Part shown: piece after piece, positions 34,121 to 45,100 of the stretch
Numbering within the stretch: position 1 is the first letter of the stretch
Layout of the letters: each line of letters starts with the position of its first letter
Assembly: GCA_950097015.1 (NCBI GenBank)
Contig: CATNEN010000008.1
Coordinates: forward strand, 3,410,001 to 3,474,000
Reading direction: 5' to 3'
Source: Macrostomum hystrix
Taxonomy: Eukaryota; Animalia; Platyhelminthes
DNA length: 64,000 nt
Position numbers and translations under genes: made by a program
The notes under the pieces: generated by a model
Told to the model about the DNA's origin: nothing
Databases searched by the model: none
The model's input: the letters and a program-made list of their open reading frames with translations, nothing else

Positions 34121-34820
34121 GTGGTGAGGCCACATTCATTTGGGACGCAGTCGTGGGGAGAAGGCTTGAGAGCAATTTACACCTTGAAGTCCAACCTCCA
34201 AGGCACAGTGAGAGTGACACTGCCTGACGATGAAAAAGTCAGGGTAGATGTACACACCTGTGCGAGCGTGTGCCTGCGTACAGTATCTGCGCGGGTGTGT
34301 GCTCACATTGTGCTCAACGCCGAGTCGTGGACGCTGACGGCTACGCTGGAGCGGCAGCTGGACTCGGCGCACTCGGGGCTGCTCCGTACGGCCTTTCAAG
34401 CTGACGAGAGCGTCGGGACCGAGACTCTGTACGAGAGAGCCCAGCTGCAACGCCCGTCCACCATCCTGCGCCAGCGGCGACTTCGACTAGCGGGCCATGT
34501 TATTCGGGCCGAGAGCTACTGCCGCCAGCCCGCCCAGGACGTCCTGCTGCTCACCCTGCAGGGCCCGTTCAGGCGCGGCCAGGCTCGGACCCGCCGCTAC
34601 GTCGACTGCTTGCTGAGCGACGCCGGGGCGCCCGACACTGCCACCGGTGCAGACCATGTTCGCGCGCTGGCTCTGCGGCGCGCCATCTGACGCTGCCTCC
34701 CTGACTTTTGGGGCTAGCGTCTTTTGTTGTTGTTGTTGTGTTGTTGCTCAGGAGTCAGCGGAATGAGCAGAATTGCCTCCTCGCTGGCTGCGGGTCCAAT
34801 GTCATCAAAATGATGTGCAA
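34121..34820 (+). mobile_element. SINE family 1, copy 2 (5'-truncated), interrupted by an RTE fragment
   Basis: 34121-34305 and 34745-34820 are colinear with the intact copies at 28745 and 39797. Confidence 0.8.
34306..34744 (+). mobile_element. 5'-truncated RTE-clade non-LTR retrotransposon 3' end
   Basis: ORF tail NAESWTLT..LD......LLR..LY..ILRQRRLRLAGHVIR..RRGQAR is typical of the RTE ORF C-terminus. Stop at 34688-34690, short 3' UTR, (TTG)n tail, 6-bp TSD TGCTCA (34300-34305, 34745-34750). Confidence 0.82.
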
Positions 34821-35285
34821 AGCATGTGTTATGAGCATTATTTGCGGCTCGTCAGCAAGTCTGGCCTTTGTTTATCATCGATGGACTTCTAAAAAATGGT
34901 TTATTAACCCCATAGCTTTCTCCTTTGGGGTTATGTCCGAGATTTTTTGCCTCTTGAAAGTCGATAACCTAAGGGCTAAAAAGCCTTTTGTCTGAAGTCC
35001 GTCGATGACAAACAAAGGCTAGACTTCTTGACGAGCCGCAATGCTCAAATCCGACTCACTCGTCAGCCATCAGCACGCAAGCATTGTTAGCCTTTCAGCT
35101 GATCATGCCAAATTTCGGCCAGACCATGTGGGACTTTTCAAATGGGGGGCATTGTGTGGGAATCGCTTCAGGCATTTCTTTGTTCGAGTTGGGTCACGCA
35201 ACGATGTGAAATTCTCGATACAATTCGGTATAAAGTCTGGTTTGGGATTACTTGAATATTGACGGCTGTCTCGCCCAGTCCCACC

Positions 35286-36389
35286 ATGACCACCAACAAT
35301 GACACGGCCGAGGTTGCTGCAGTTCGTCTATTCACAAACACTCCGGCCTTCCTATTCCTGGACTGCTGGAGCGGCGACCCCGACAGGGCGATCTTCTGCC
35401 AGTTCAACACCGCTCTTGGCGCCATGGCCAGCCTCGTCCTGCCAGTCATAATTGTCGGCGGCTTCATCGGTAACAGTCTCACAGTCTACATCTACCTGTG
35501 CAGTCTGCGACCCCTGACCCGACACGGAGTGTACTTAGCCATGGTGGGCGTCTCTGACAACTGCAACCTGTTTTTCACGGGCTTCATGTGGCTCTTCTTA
35601 GCCAAGGGCCTGCCCTGGATCAGCGGCGCCAAATACGGCTACTTCATTCTGAATGAATCAGAGCCAGCTTGCCGATTTATGAGAACTTGTGAAATGTTGT
35701 TTGGCTTCACCTCCGGCACCCTATTTATGCTGATGGTGATTGACAGGTGTCTGAGCGTGTACTTCCCGTTCCGATTCCAGAGAGTGTCCGGAAAAGCGGC
35801 CCTCAAAGCCTGCCTGGCCTTGACAGTTGTTGCCACAATTGGCACAATAGTCTATGGTCTGCCCATCCGCTGGCTTCAGGCCGGGGTGTACACCGTCTGC
35901 TCAGCTTCTCTCCCTGGCTGGCAGCAGTGGGCGTACTTGTCCGGACTCTTGCTGCTGTTCATGCCGCCAACTGTACAGCTCCTGATCATTCTGGTGGCCA
36001 ACGGCTGTCTCATTGTGAGGATGCGCCGCATTGCGTCAGATCAGGCCGAGATCAGGGCCGACGGAGACGAAGGCAAGCTGACTAACACCGTCATTTGCGT
36101 CGCCTTGTCCGTGATTCTCGTCATCTGCTCCCTGCCAGTGGAGTTCGCAATGATTGCAAATGCCTTCCTGGTGTTCTCCGGTGTCACAGCTGCTGCCGGC
36201 TTCACGAAGCTCATCTACGCCGTGAACGACATCGGCAGGATCCTGATTCTCATCAACCAGTCCGTGAACTGGATCATTCTGATCTGGAAGAGCGCCCAGT
36301 TCCGCAATGCATTCCTAAGCATCCTGGTTTGTCAGCGCAATCGAAAGGAGCTGGTCAGAACGGAGCAAACGGCCTCAAACCGTTGCTAA
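35286..36389 (+). CDS. Intronless rhodopsin-class (class A) GPCR, peptide-receptor-like orphan, 367 aa
   Basis: Seven hydrophobic segments with GFIGNSL (TM1), YLAMVGVSD (TM2), IDRCLSVYFP (DRY-like), ECL cysteines, VICSLP (TM6) and NQSVNWIIL (TM7). Confidence 0.88.
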   Translation: MTTNNDTAEVAAVRLFTNTPAFLFLDCWSGDPDRAIFCQFNTALGAMASLVLPVIIVGGFIGNSLTVYIYLCSLRPLTRHGVYLAMVGVSDNCNLFFTGFMWLFLAKGLPWISGAKYGYFILNESEPACRFMRTCEMLFGFTSGTLFMLMVIDRCLSVYFPFRFQRVSGKAALKACLALTVVATIGTIVYGLPIRWLQAGVYTVCSASLPGWQQWAYLSGLLLLFMPPTVQLLIILVANGCLIVRMRRIASDQAEIRADGDEGKLTNTVICVALSVILVICSLPVEFAMIANAFLVFSGVTAAAGFTKLIYAVNDIGRILILINQSVNWIILIWKSAQFRNAFLSILVCQRNRKELVRTEQTASNRC

Positions 36390-36435
36390 TGAGACATTGG
36401 GCACTGGTCGATATGACTGCTGACTTGAGCTTTAT

Positions 36436-37590
36436 CAGACACATGATTATCTACTTAGACATTATCCAGCACAATATTATCTACTTAGACATTATCCTGC
36501 ACAATATTATCTACTTAGACATTATCCTGCACAATATTATCTACTTAGACATTATCCTGCACATGATTATCTACTTAGACTTATCCTGCACAATATTATC
36601 TACTTAGACATTATCCAGCACAATATTATCTACTTAGACATTATCCTGCACAATATTATCTACTTAGACATTATCCAGCACAATATTATCTACTTAGACA
36701 TTATCCTGCACAATATTATCTACTTAGACATTATCCTGCACATGATTATCTACTTAGACATTATCCAGCACAATATTATCTACTTAGACATTATCCAGCA
36801 CAATATTATCTACTTAGACATTATCCTGCACTATATTATCTACTTAGACATTATCCAGCACAATATTATCTACTTAGACATTATCCAGCACAATATTATC
36901 TACTTAGACATTATCCAGCACAATATTATCTACTTAGACATTATCCTGCACAATATTATCTACTTAGACATTATCCTGCAAAATATTATCTACTTAGACA
37001 TTATCCTGCACAATATTATCTACTTAGACATTATCCTGCACATGATTATCTACTTAGACATTATCCTGCACAATATTATCTACTTAGACATTATCCTGCA
37101 CAATATTATCTACTTAGACATTATCCTGCACATGATTATCTACTTAGACATTATCCTGCACAATATTATCTACTTAGACATTATCCTGCACAATATTATC
37201 TACTTAGACATTATCCTGCACATGATTATCTACTTAGACATTATCCTGCACAATATTATCTACTTAGACATTATCCAGCACAATATTATCTACTTAGACA
37301 TTATCCTGCACAATATTATCTACTTAGACATTATCCTGCACAATATTATCTACTTAGACATTATCCTGCACATGATTATCTACTTAGACATTATCCTGCA
37401 CAATATTATCTACTTAGACATTATCCTGCACAATATTATCTACTTAGACATTATCCTGCTCAATATTATCTACTTTAGCGTTTTCTGACACATGATTATC
37501 TACATTGACATTATCCTGCACATGACTATCTACTTAGACATTATCGTGCACAATATTATCTACTTTGGCATTATCCTGCACATGATCTTT
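36436..37590. repeat. 30-bp minisatellite (ATTATCTACTTAGACATTATCC(T/A)GCACAAT), ~38 copies
   Basis: Tandem periodicity; starts ~50 bp after the GPCR stop. Confidence 0.96.
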
Positions 37591-38213
37591 TTATTAGATA
37601 ATATGAGGCACTGTAAGGTGTAATTAACCTAACAGTAAAATGGATTTCCTTCAAAAATAAATTCGCAATTTTTTTGTCCTAATTTTTCTTGAATTTATTC
37701 ACTCATGTTACTTTAACGTTATTGACTTGTAGTTTAGAAAGCAGCATTAATAGTCACAGTATTGCCACAATGTACTCGGCTGTATCCGAGATCCACCTAC
37801 AGGTGACAAGCTCCCTAACAACAGAACTGTCTGTCTGTCTGAGTACTCATGCTTTCATACTATTTATGCTCCAATGTATCCAAATTCACTGTCTCGACGC
37901 GTCAGTCTGGCAAAAATCTATTTATAGAACCAGAGAAAGTACAGCAGTGTACATATACTGTACAAGTTAGCATTTCAGACACGCAGAGGAATACGTACTG
38001 CAGTTGCTCGGGCAGTCGATTTCTAGGAAATACCAAGCAGTTCTTACAATGGTGATGCTATATATCTAGCGAGTCGTGCGAAAATATATTTATTTACTGA
38101 AATCCAACTGAAATATCAACTGAAAATTTAAGGACCTACTTACCGAAAATTAGGTAAGACATTCATTCTGGACATCCATACAGTTTTTTTATTAACTTAG
38201 ATTCATAAAGCCA

Positions 38214-39050
38214 TAATTCTCCCAGATCATTATTTTGTACACCCTTAATTATCCTAGATCGTTATTTTGTACAGCCTTAATTATCCCAGATCAATATTTT
38301 GTACACCCTAATTATCCTAGATCGTTATTTTGTACACCCTAATTATCCTAGATCGTTATTTTGTACACCCTAATTATCCCAGATTGTTATTTTGTACACC
38401 CTAATTATCCCAGATTGTTATTTTGTACAGCCTTAATTATCCTAGATCGTTATTTTGTACAGCCTTAATTATCCCAGATCATTATTTTGTACACCCTAAT
38501 TATCCTAGATCGTTATTTTGTACACCCTAATTATCCTAGATCGTTATTTTGTACACCCTAATTATCCCAGATCGTTATTTTGTACAGCCTTAATTATCCC
38601 AGATCATTATTTTGTACAGCCTTAATTATCCCAGATCATTATTTTGTACAGCCTTAATTATCCCAGATCATTATTTTGTACAGCCTTAATTATCCCAGAT
38701 CATTATTTTGTACAGCCTTAATTATCCCAGATCATTATTTTGTACAGCCTTAATTATCCCAGATCATTATTTTGTACAGCCTTAATTATCCCAGATCATT
38801 ATTTTGTACAGCCTTAATTATCCCAGATCCTCGTGTTGTAAAGTCTTAATTCTCAAAGATCCCTATTCTATATAGCCTTAACATTCCCAGATCCTCATGC
38901 TGTACAGCCCGAATCCTCCCAGATCCTCGTATTGTTTTGCTATAATTCGCCCAGATTATTATTCTGTACAGCCTTAATTCTGAAAGATCCCTATTCTGTA
39001 CAGCCATATAATAGTCCTGGTTCCTCATGCTGTACAGTCCCAATCATCCC
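38214..39050. repeat. 31-32-bp minisatellite (AATTATCCCAGATCATTATTTTGTACAGCCTT), degenerating after ~38830
   Basis: Tandem periodicity; ends ~120 bp before the copy B start codon. Confidence 0.92.
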
Positions 39051-39165
39051 AGATTGAAAATTCGTTGCCCAATTTGTAGGACAATCACAAAATTTGCATT
39101 GCAGATTTTCCGGACTGGACAGACTTTTAAGCCCTGCCTTGCCAAGCTTGAGTGTCTAACATTAA

Positions 39166-42100
39166 ATGGCAGAAAGTCTGCCCATTGACAAAAGGAAATA
39201 CGGTGACAGACAGAGCTGGAGAGGTCAGTGTAAAGTAGGCCTTTTAATGCATGTTTATTGATACCAGAGTTTTCGTAGAAACTGACCAAAGTTTTCAATC
39301 TTTGTGCCTAACCTAATTGTCACCAATAGGCGGTGAATTCAGAGGCGGCAGCAGAGGCGGCAGTCATGGCAGAGGTGGCGGCCGTGGCCTACGAGGTGCG
39401 TGGCGTGGTGGAAGCTCTGAAGTGCTGTTTCGCAAGGGAGCATCTACCGAGTTGCCCCCTAGGGCTGAGCAGAACTCAGCTGTAAATCCAAATTCTGCTC
39501 AAGAGGACAGCGATTTTCGATTTGGTGAGTTAGATTCGTGCTTTGAATTGCTATGCTCGATGAATAGAGATCATTAAATTAAACCTGATGTCAGTTGCAC
39601 CAGATCTACAGCCAGTGGTTCAGTCCGTGTACTGCGAAGGTCGACACAACAACTCAAATAGGAACCAATTTTACCTCCAGCTGTCTGAACTGAAGCACTG
39701 TGGAATTAATTGTCTTGCTTGAGGGCACAAGTTGATTGCGCTTGGGCTGAGATTCGAACTTGTGACCTCTCCGAAGCTATAACTCGCGTTTCTATAGGAG
39801 GTCAGTGGTAGACCGGTTGACGCACCGAGGTCCTTGAGCTCGATTCCGCGGCGAGGCCACATTAAATTGGGGCGCAGCCGCGGAGAGAAGGCTGGGGGGC
39901 TTGTCGTGCAATTTACACCTTTGAGGTCCAACCTCCAAGGCACAGTGAGATTGTACACTGCCTGACGATGAGAAAGTCAGGGCAGATGTACACGCCTGTG
40001 TGAGTGTGTGCCTGCGTACGGTATCTGTGTGCTGAGGACTCAGCGAAGTGGGCAGAATTGCCTCCTCGCTGGCTGTGGGTCTAGTGTCACTAAATGATGT
40101 GCCATTGCCAGCAGCAGATACTATGTATTATTTTTTATTACTTCAATAGAACGACTCTAGCCTTTGCTCAAAAGCAGGTTTAAAAAAATTACTCGAGTTT
40201 CCCTTTCATTTTTATACCTTTTACCTCGGAATAAACTGCTTCTTACACATAGCATTCTTACCTGATAGCACGTGAGCGCCGGGTTCTACAGTTTCAAACA
40301 AGCTAACAAACCTGTCTTCCTTCAGGTTACGTGGTCAAAATCGTGCCGGCCAAGTACAGCTTTGTATCGCTCGAGGACGACGCGTCTGCCCGACGAGGAG
40401 TGATCTTCTGGAACAGCTGGGTGGAGCAGCTGGGCCTTCAAGTTGGCGACCGACTGCGCTACAGAACTATATACAATGCGACGGGCAAGGTGTCAGCCAC
40501 GGATATTAGCCGGGCTCCAGTGCCAGCTGCAACTCAAGCAGTCACCCAGTCCGTCGTGTCGATGCACCAAAACCATGATCAAACCGCTCTTCAGGCCGCT
40601 GATCATCAGGAAGTTATCCCTGAACCGGAAGTAGATTCGATAATTGCTGGCGCCATAACTGGCAGACGAGCAATCAAAGATGGAAATGCAACGATATACC
40701 TGGTGATGACTGCAACTGGCAGGCAGTCAGTTCTCCCCAGAAAATTGTACTACGGCTGCTGGAGTCCGAAGCAAGGTGACCAGGTGATCTGCACGCCCCG
40801 AGAAGGGAAGCAAGGTCAGAGGTCCAGCATGGACATGCGCCTGGACAAGCCAGTCGAGAGAGATGACGAAGAAGTCTGGGACTTCATCCACTCGCTCAAA
40901 CACAAGTCGAGCAACAAAGACATTCAGCTGCTCCTGTCGGTGCCTCCAGCATGGGCGATCGTCGGTCAGTGGCCTCGACTGAATGCTGACTCTCTGTACT
41001 CCGTAGTCGAGTTCATGGTCCGAGTGAGCAGCAGCGCCAGTTCCTACCAGCGGGCCAACTTGGGCCTGAGCCTCGGACACCTGATGCACGAGAGGAACTT
41101 CCAGCTTGACAGGGGCGCATGCCGCCAGTTGTTCAATGAGGCGGCGAGCAGAAACTGGACAAGAGAGAAAGTGAGCACACTCAAGAGCTTCTGCGAACTG
41201 GTTGGTCAACTGGTTCCTGAGAGATGCTACCTCATCATGCACCTCTGCCAGAAGTTCTATGCCTCCCACTTTACTGGCCACAGTGAGGCCTTCGAGCTGG
41301 CCATGCTGATGTGCAAGAGATTTCTGCCAAAGCGCACCTCCGACCTGAGCTGGCATGAGCTGCCAGTCACCCTGAATAAGGAGGAGATTGTGGTCTCTGC
41401 CGACATGGGAGAGATGATCCGCCTGCTGCCATCTGTGCGAACTCACGCTCCGTACGACTCCGTGGCTGACTATCTTGAGACGAACCTGAAGCTGCTCCGA
41501 GCGGACTGCTTTGAGAAGCTGAGATCGGGAATTCAGCAGTTTGTCGGCGGCACACTGAACCGCAGAGACATGACCGTCTACCACGAAGTGGAGCTCAGAG
41601 GCATCGACATCACCCACAGAGAGCTCTCTTTGGTGCTGAAGGTCAAGCCATTCAACAGAGAGGTGAAGAACTGGGACAAGTCTCCTCTGCTCATGTTCGG
41701 CAATTTGCTTTGTCTCTCGTTCGACGATGCATTCTCAGAGTTTGTGTGCGTCACAGTGAGCAACCGAGACTCCGACTTGCTGAACAACAATGGTCTGATC
41801 TTCGTTGAGCCGATCGGCGAATCCAACAGCATCGAGCTGTCAGATCTGCTTCGACGGCTGCGTGTTCGAAAGTCACCTTTGTGGCTGGCCGAGTCTCCGA
41901 CCTACTACCAGGCCTACCGACACGTGCTCAAGAATGTGCAGTCCCTCGAGGGCAAGAAGCTGCCTCTGGTGAAGGAACTAGTGTCCTGTGACTTCGACGA
42001 GATTACCGTCAAGGTAACAGAAGAGCTTCCAGTCGAGGCAGTGTCTCCCGAGTCTCAGTCAAGTTTGCGAATTAACCGACTGCTCTTTCCTTTTTCGCCA

Positions 42101-45100
42101 AGGAAGAGTCTTTCTGTAGCACCGGAAAAGTTGTCTGAAATGCGTCGAAGAGTTTTGAAAGGCATTTGCAAAGAACTTGACGCGTCGCAGAAAGTGGCTT
42201 TCAAGAACTGCACGCGGCGCAGAATTTCAATCATCCAAGGACCTCCTGGGTGCGGCAAGACCTTCGTGGGGACTCATCTGGTGCGGTATCTCACAGCGAA
42301 TGAGACAAGAATGGACAGGCGGGGTCCTGTGCTTCTCGTCACCTACAAGAACAACGCTCTCGACGAGTTCATTAGGAAGATTGTCACGCGATACGATTCT
42401 CAAATAGACCTGATTCGACTTGGTGGTCGATCGAAAAAAACCGAGCTTACAAAAAGGCTTGACATTCGATCTAGGAGAGACACGTTGCCAGACGAGGAGG
42501 CAAAAGACCACTGGCGCCTTGCTGAGCAATCGAAAAGAACTCTTTTGATGCAGCTGAGCAATCTGTTTAAGATGGAAAATGTTTCGTTCTGTGCAAATTT
42601 CTTGTCGGTCTACTGGAGCGAACAAAATCAGGATCGGTTCTGGAGGCAGTTTCTTCAGCATCCAACATGCACAATGCGTCGACAGGGCACTGTGCCTCCT
42701 CAACCGCTGAAAGATAGGCTAGGGATTGCTTTGCGAAGCTGGATTCCAAATCAGCAGATGATGAATAGAATTATTCCAGCTATGCTTCAGTCGCTGAAAC
42801 CGAGCGATGGCGCACCACGCAGTGACAATTCAAAGACGCCTGACGCAAACGACGTCGAGGAGGACGAGATCAACGATGAGCAGGAGCAAATGAAGATGGA
42901 ACGGCTTCTCGTTTCAGGTGGAGACAGCCGTAGCATTGAAAACATCAGCCTGCTGTTGGCAGAGCAAGAGCCGAGCAGTCTCAAGCTTGACCTGCGTCTC
43001 ATTCAAATTGTGTCAGAGAGGTGGTCATCTCTGCGATACAGCCAGAATCTGTGGGAGCTGAAGCCTGAGGATCGATTTCTGTTCATGCAGGGCTGCTTGT
43101 TGGACCACTATGAGAAACTATGGAGAATGCAGTGCTCGAAATTGAACTCAGACTTCAGCGAGTACGAGCGTCATCGAGACGAGTTGAAGGAAGCGAACTT
43201 AAACAGAGATGTCCAGATCTGCCAGAGCGTCGACGTGATTGCGATGACCATCACCGGAGCATCAATCAACAATGAGCTACTCAAGCGACTCAGGCCCAAC
43301 ACAGTTGTCGTCGAAGAGGCCGCTGAGATCATGGAGCCAATGCTTCTTGGCTGTCTGGGAGACTGGACAGAGAGGCTCTACCTGATCGGTGATCACAAGC
43401 AGCTGCGTCCCAACGTGGAGAACTTTGAGCTGGTGAAGCACTGTCATCTGGACGTGTCAATGATGGAGAGGCTCATCAACTGCGGCTTTCCGTTCGACTG
43501 TCTCGAATTCCAGAACCGAATGCGCACTGACATTTCCAAGTACCTGAGGCTTGACGTCTATCCGAACTTGAAGGACAACGAGGAGAGCGTGAAAGACCAT
43601 CAAGTCCCGTCGTTCATGCCGCACGCTGTGGCATTTTGGGATGTCGAGAACATGCCGGAGTCCGGAGAGCGAAGCTACGTGAACGAAGGCGAGGCAGAAC
43701 TGACAGTTCAATTGGCGATGACGTTCCTGAGGTTCGGCTACAAGCCCAGCCAGATCACGATTCTGACACCGTATCAGGGCCAGGTGCGGCTCATTCGCCA
43801 GAAACTGCGACCGAAGTTGGAAAAATGGAAGAACGAGCTGGACGGCACATCTGATGTCACGGACGCAGTAGACAATGCCGACTTTGGAGCCTCTGACGGC
43901 CTTATCAAAGTGCACAGTATCGATGTGTACCAAGGCGACGAGAACGACATTGTCCTAGTGTCACTGGTACGCAGCGCGAAGCCCGGATTCCTGGCCTCAC
44001 TGAACCGTCGATGTGTGGCGCAGTCTAGGTCGCGCTGCGGTCTCGTCTTCATCGGCAAGGCGTCGCTGCTAAAGTGCTGCCCAGAGTGGCACTGCCTGCT
44101 GACAGCGTTTGAGGCGGACGGAGTGCTGCGACACGAGTTTCCGGTGGTGTGCAAGCAGCACAGAACAGAGCACTGCTGGAGGACTGCTGCAGAGTTGTCC
44201 AGCTCAAAGGGCGTCTTCTGCAGAAGCGTATGCATGCAAGACATGCCGTGTGGCAAGCATAATTGTCCCAAAAAGTGCCAACCATGGCATAAGCACAATC
44301 GGTGCGAAGAACTTGTCTCAATCATGCTGTCCTGTAAGCACACAGTTCAAGTGAAGTGTTACCTTTCTGAATTTCCGCCGAAGTGCGTGGAAAAATGTTC
44401 TCGAGTATTGAGCTGCGGCCACATCTGTCAAGGCAATTGCAGAGAAAAATGTGACAAGAAGTTCTGCACAGTTACGGTTGACGCCCAATTAAAATGTGGC
44501 CACGTTCTAACGAAACTCTGCAACCAGCCGCTTTCTACATGCGAAGAATCTGTGGCGAAGACTCTCCCGTGTGGCCATGTAAAACAAATGATGTGCTTTG
44601 ACTGGCAGAAATCGTCCCAACCAAAGTGTGTCGAGCAGTGTCCGAAGACACTGTCCTGCGGTCACAGGTGCGCCCAGAAGTGTTTTGAGACCTGCTCCGA
44701 GAATTCTTGTACAGTTACGGTTGCTAGAAAGTGCATCACATGCAGCGCTCAGTTTGAGAGCCCTTGCGGAATGAAAAAGTCTCAATGTGATCGTCTTTTG
44801 CTAGTGACCCTGTCTTGTGGTCACAGGCAGCGCACACAATGCAGCCAGGTTTCACTCGTGAAGCAGACAGCATGCCAGAAGCCATGCGAGAAGACTCTCT
44901 CCTGTGGGCACAAGTGCCAGTTTGTATGCTCAAAATCACCTTGTCCACCATGCCCAGTGAAGGTACAGAGGAAAGGCTGCAATCACGAATGCCATTGCTG
45001 GGAGCTGGAGGACGAGTGCCTCGAAGTTGTATCTCAGAAGTTTGAGTGCGGTCACGAAGAGAAATTCGCTTGCTGCGCTGCTTCCAGACTGTTGGAGAAA

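Noticed and set aside
39961-39976. CTGACGA...GAAA resembling a hammerhead ribozyme core in the SINE
   Set aside because: Only 3 nt separate the two boxes (no stem II), there is no stem III/UH site, and the bases are better explained as part of a simple hairpin.
40060-40073. GCCTCCTCGCTGGC in SINE family 1 (also 34775-34788) is identical to the P3-L3-P3 segment of the genomic HDV ribozyme
   Set aside because: I could not find a 7-bp P1 partner, the GG needed for P1.1, or a downstream P2 complement with the catalytic C. An Infernal search with HDV-like models would be decisive.
40326-40340. Idea that a spliced-leader AUG supplies the start codon of the ATG-less long exons
   Set aside because: Both acceptors are phase 1, so an SL-terminal AUG would be out of frame, and ordinary upstream exons with an ATG were found for both copies.
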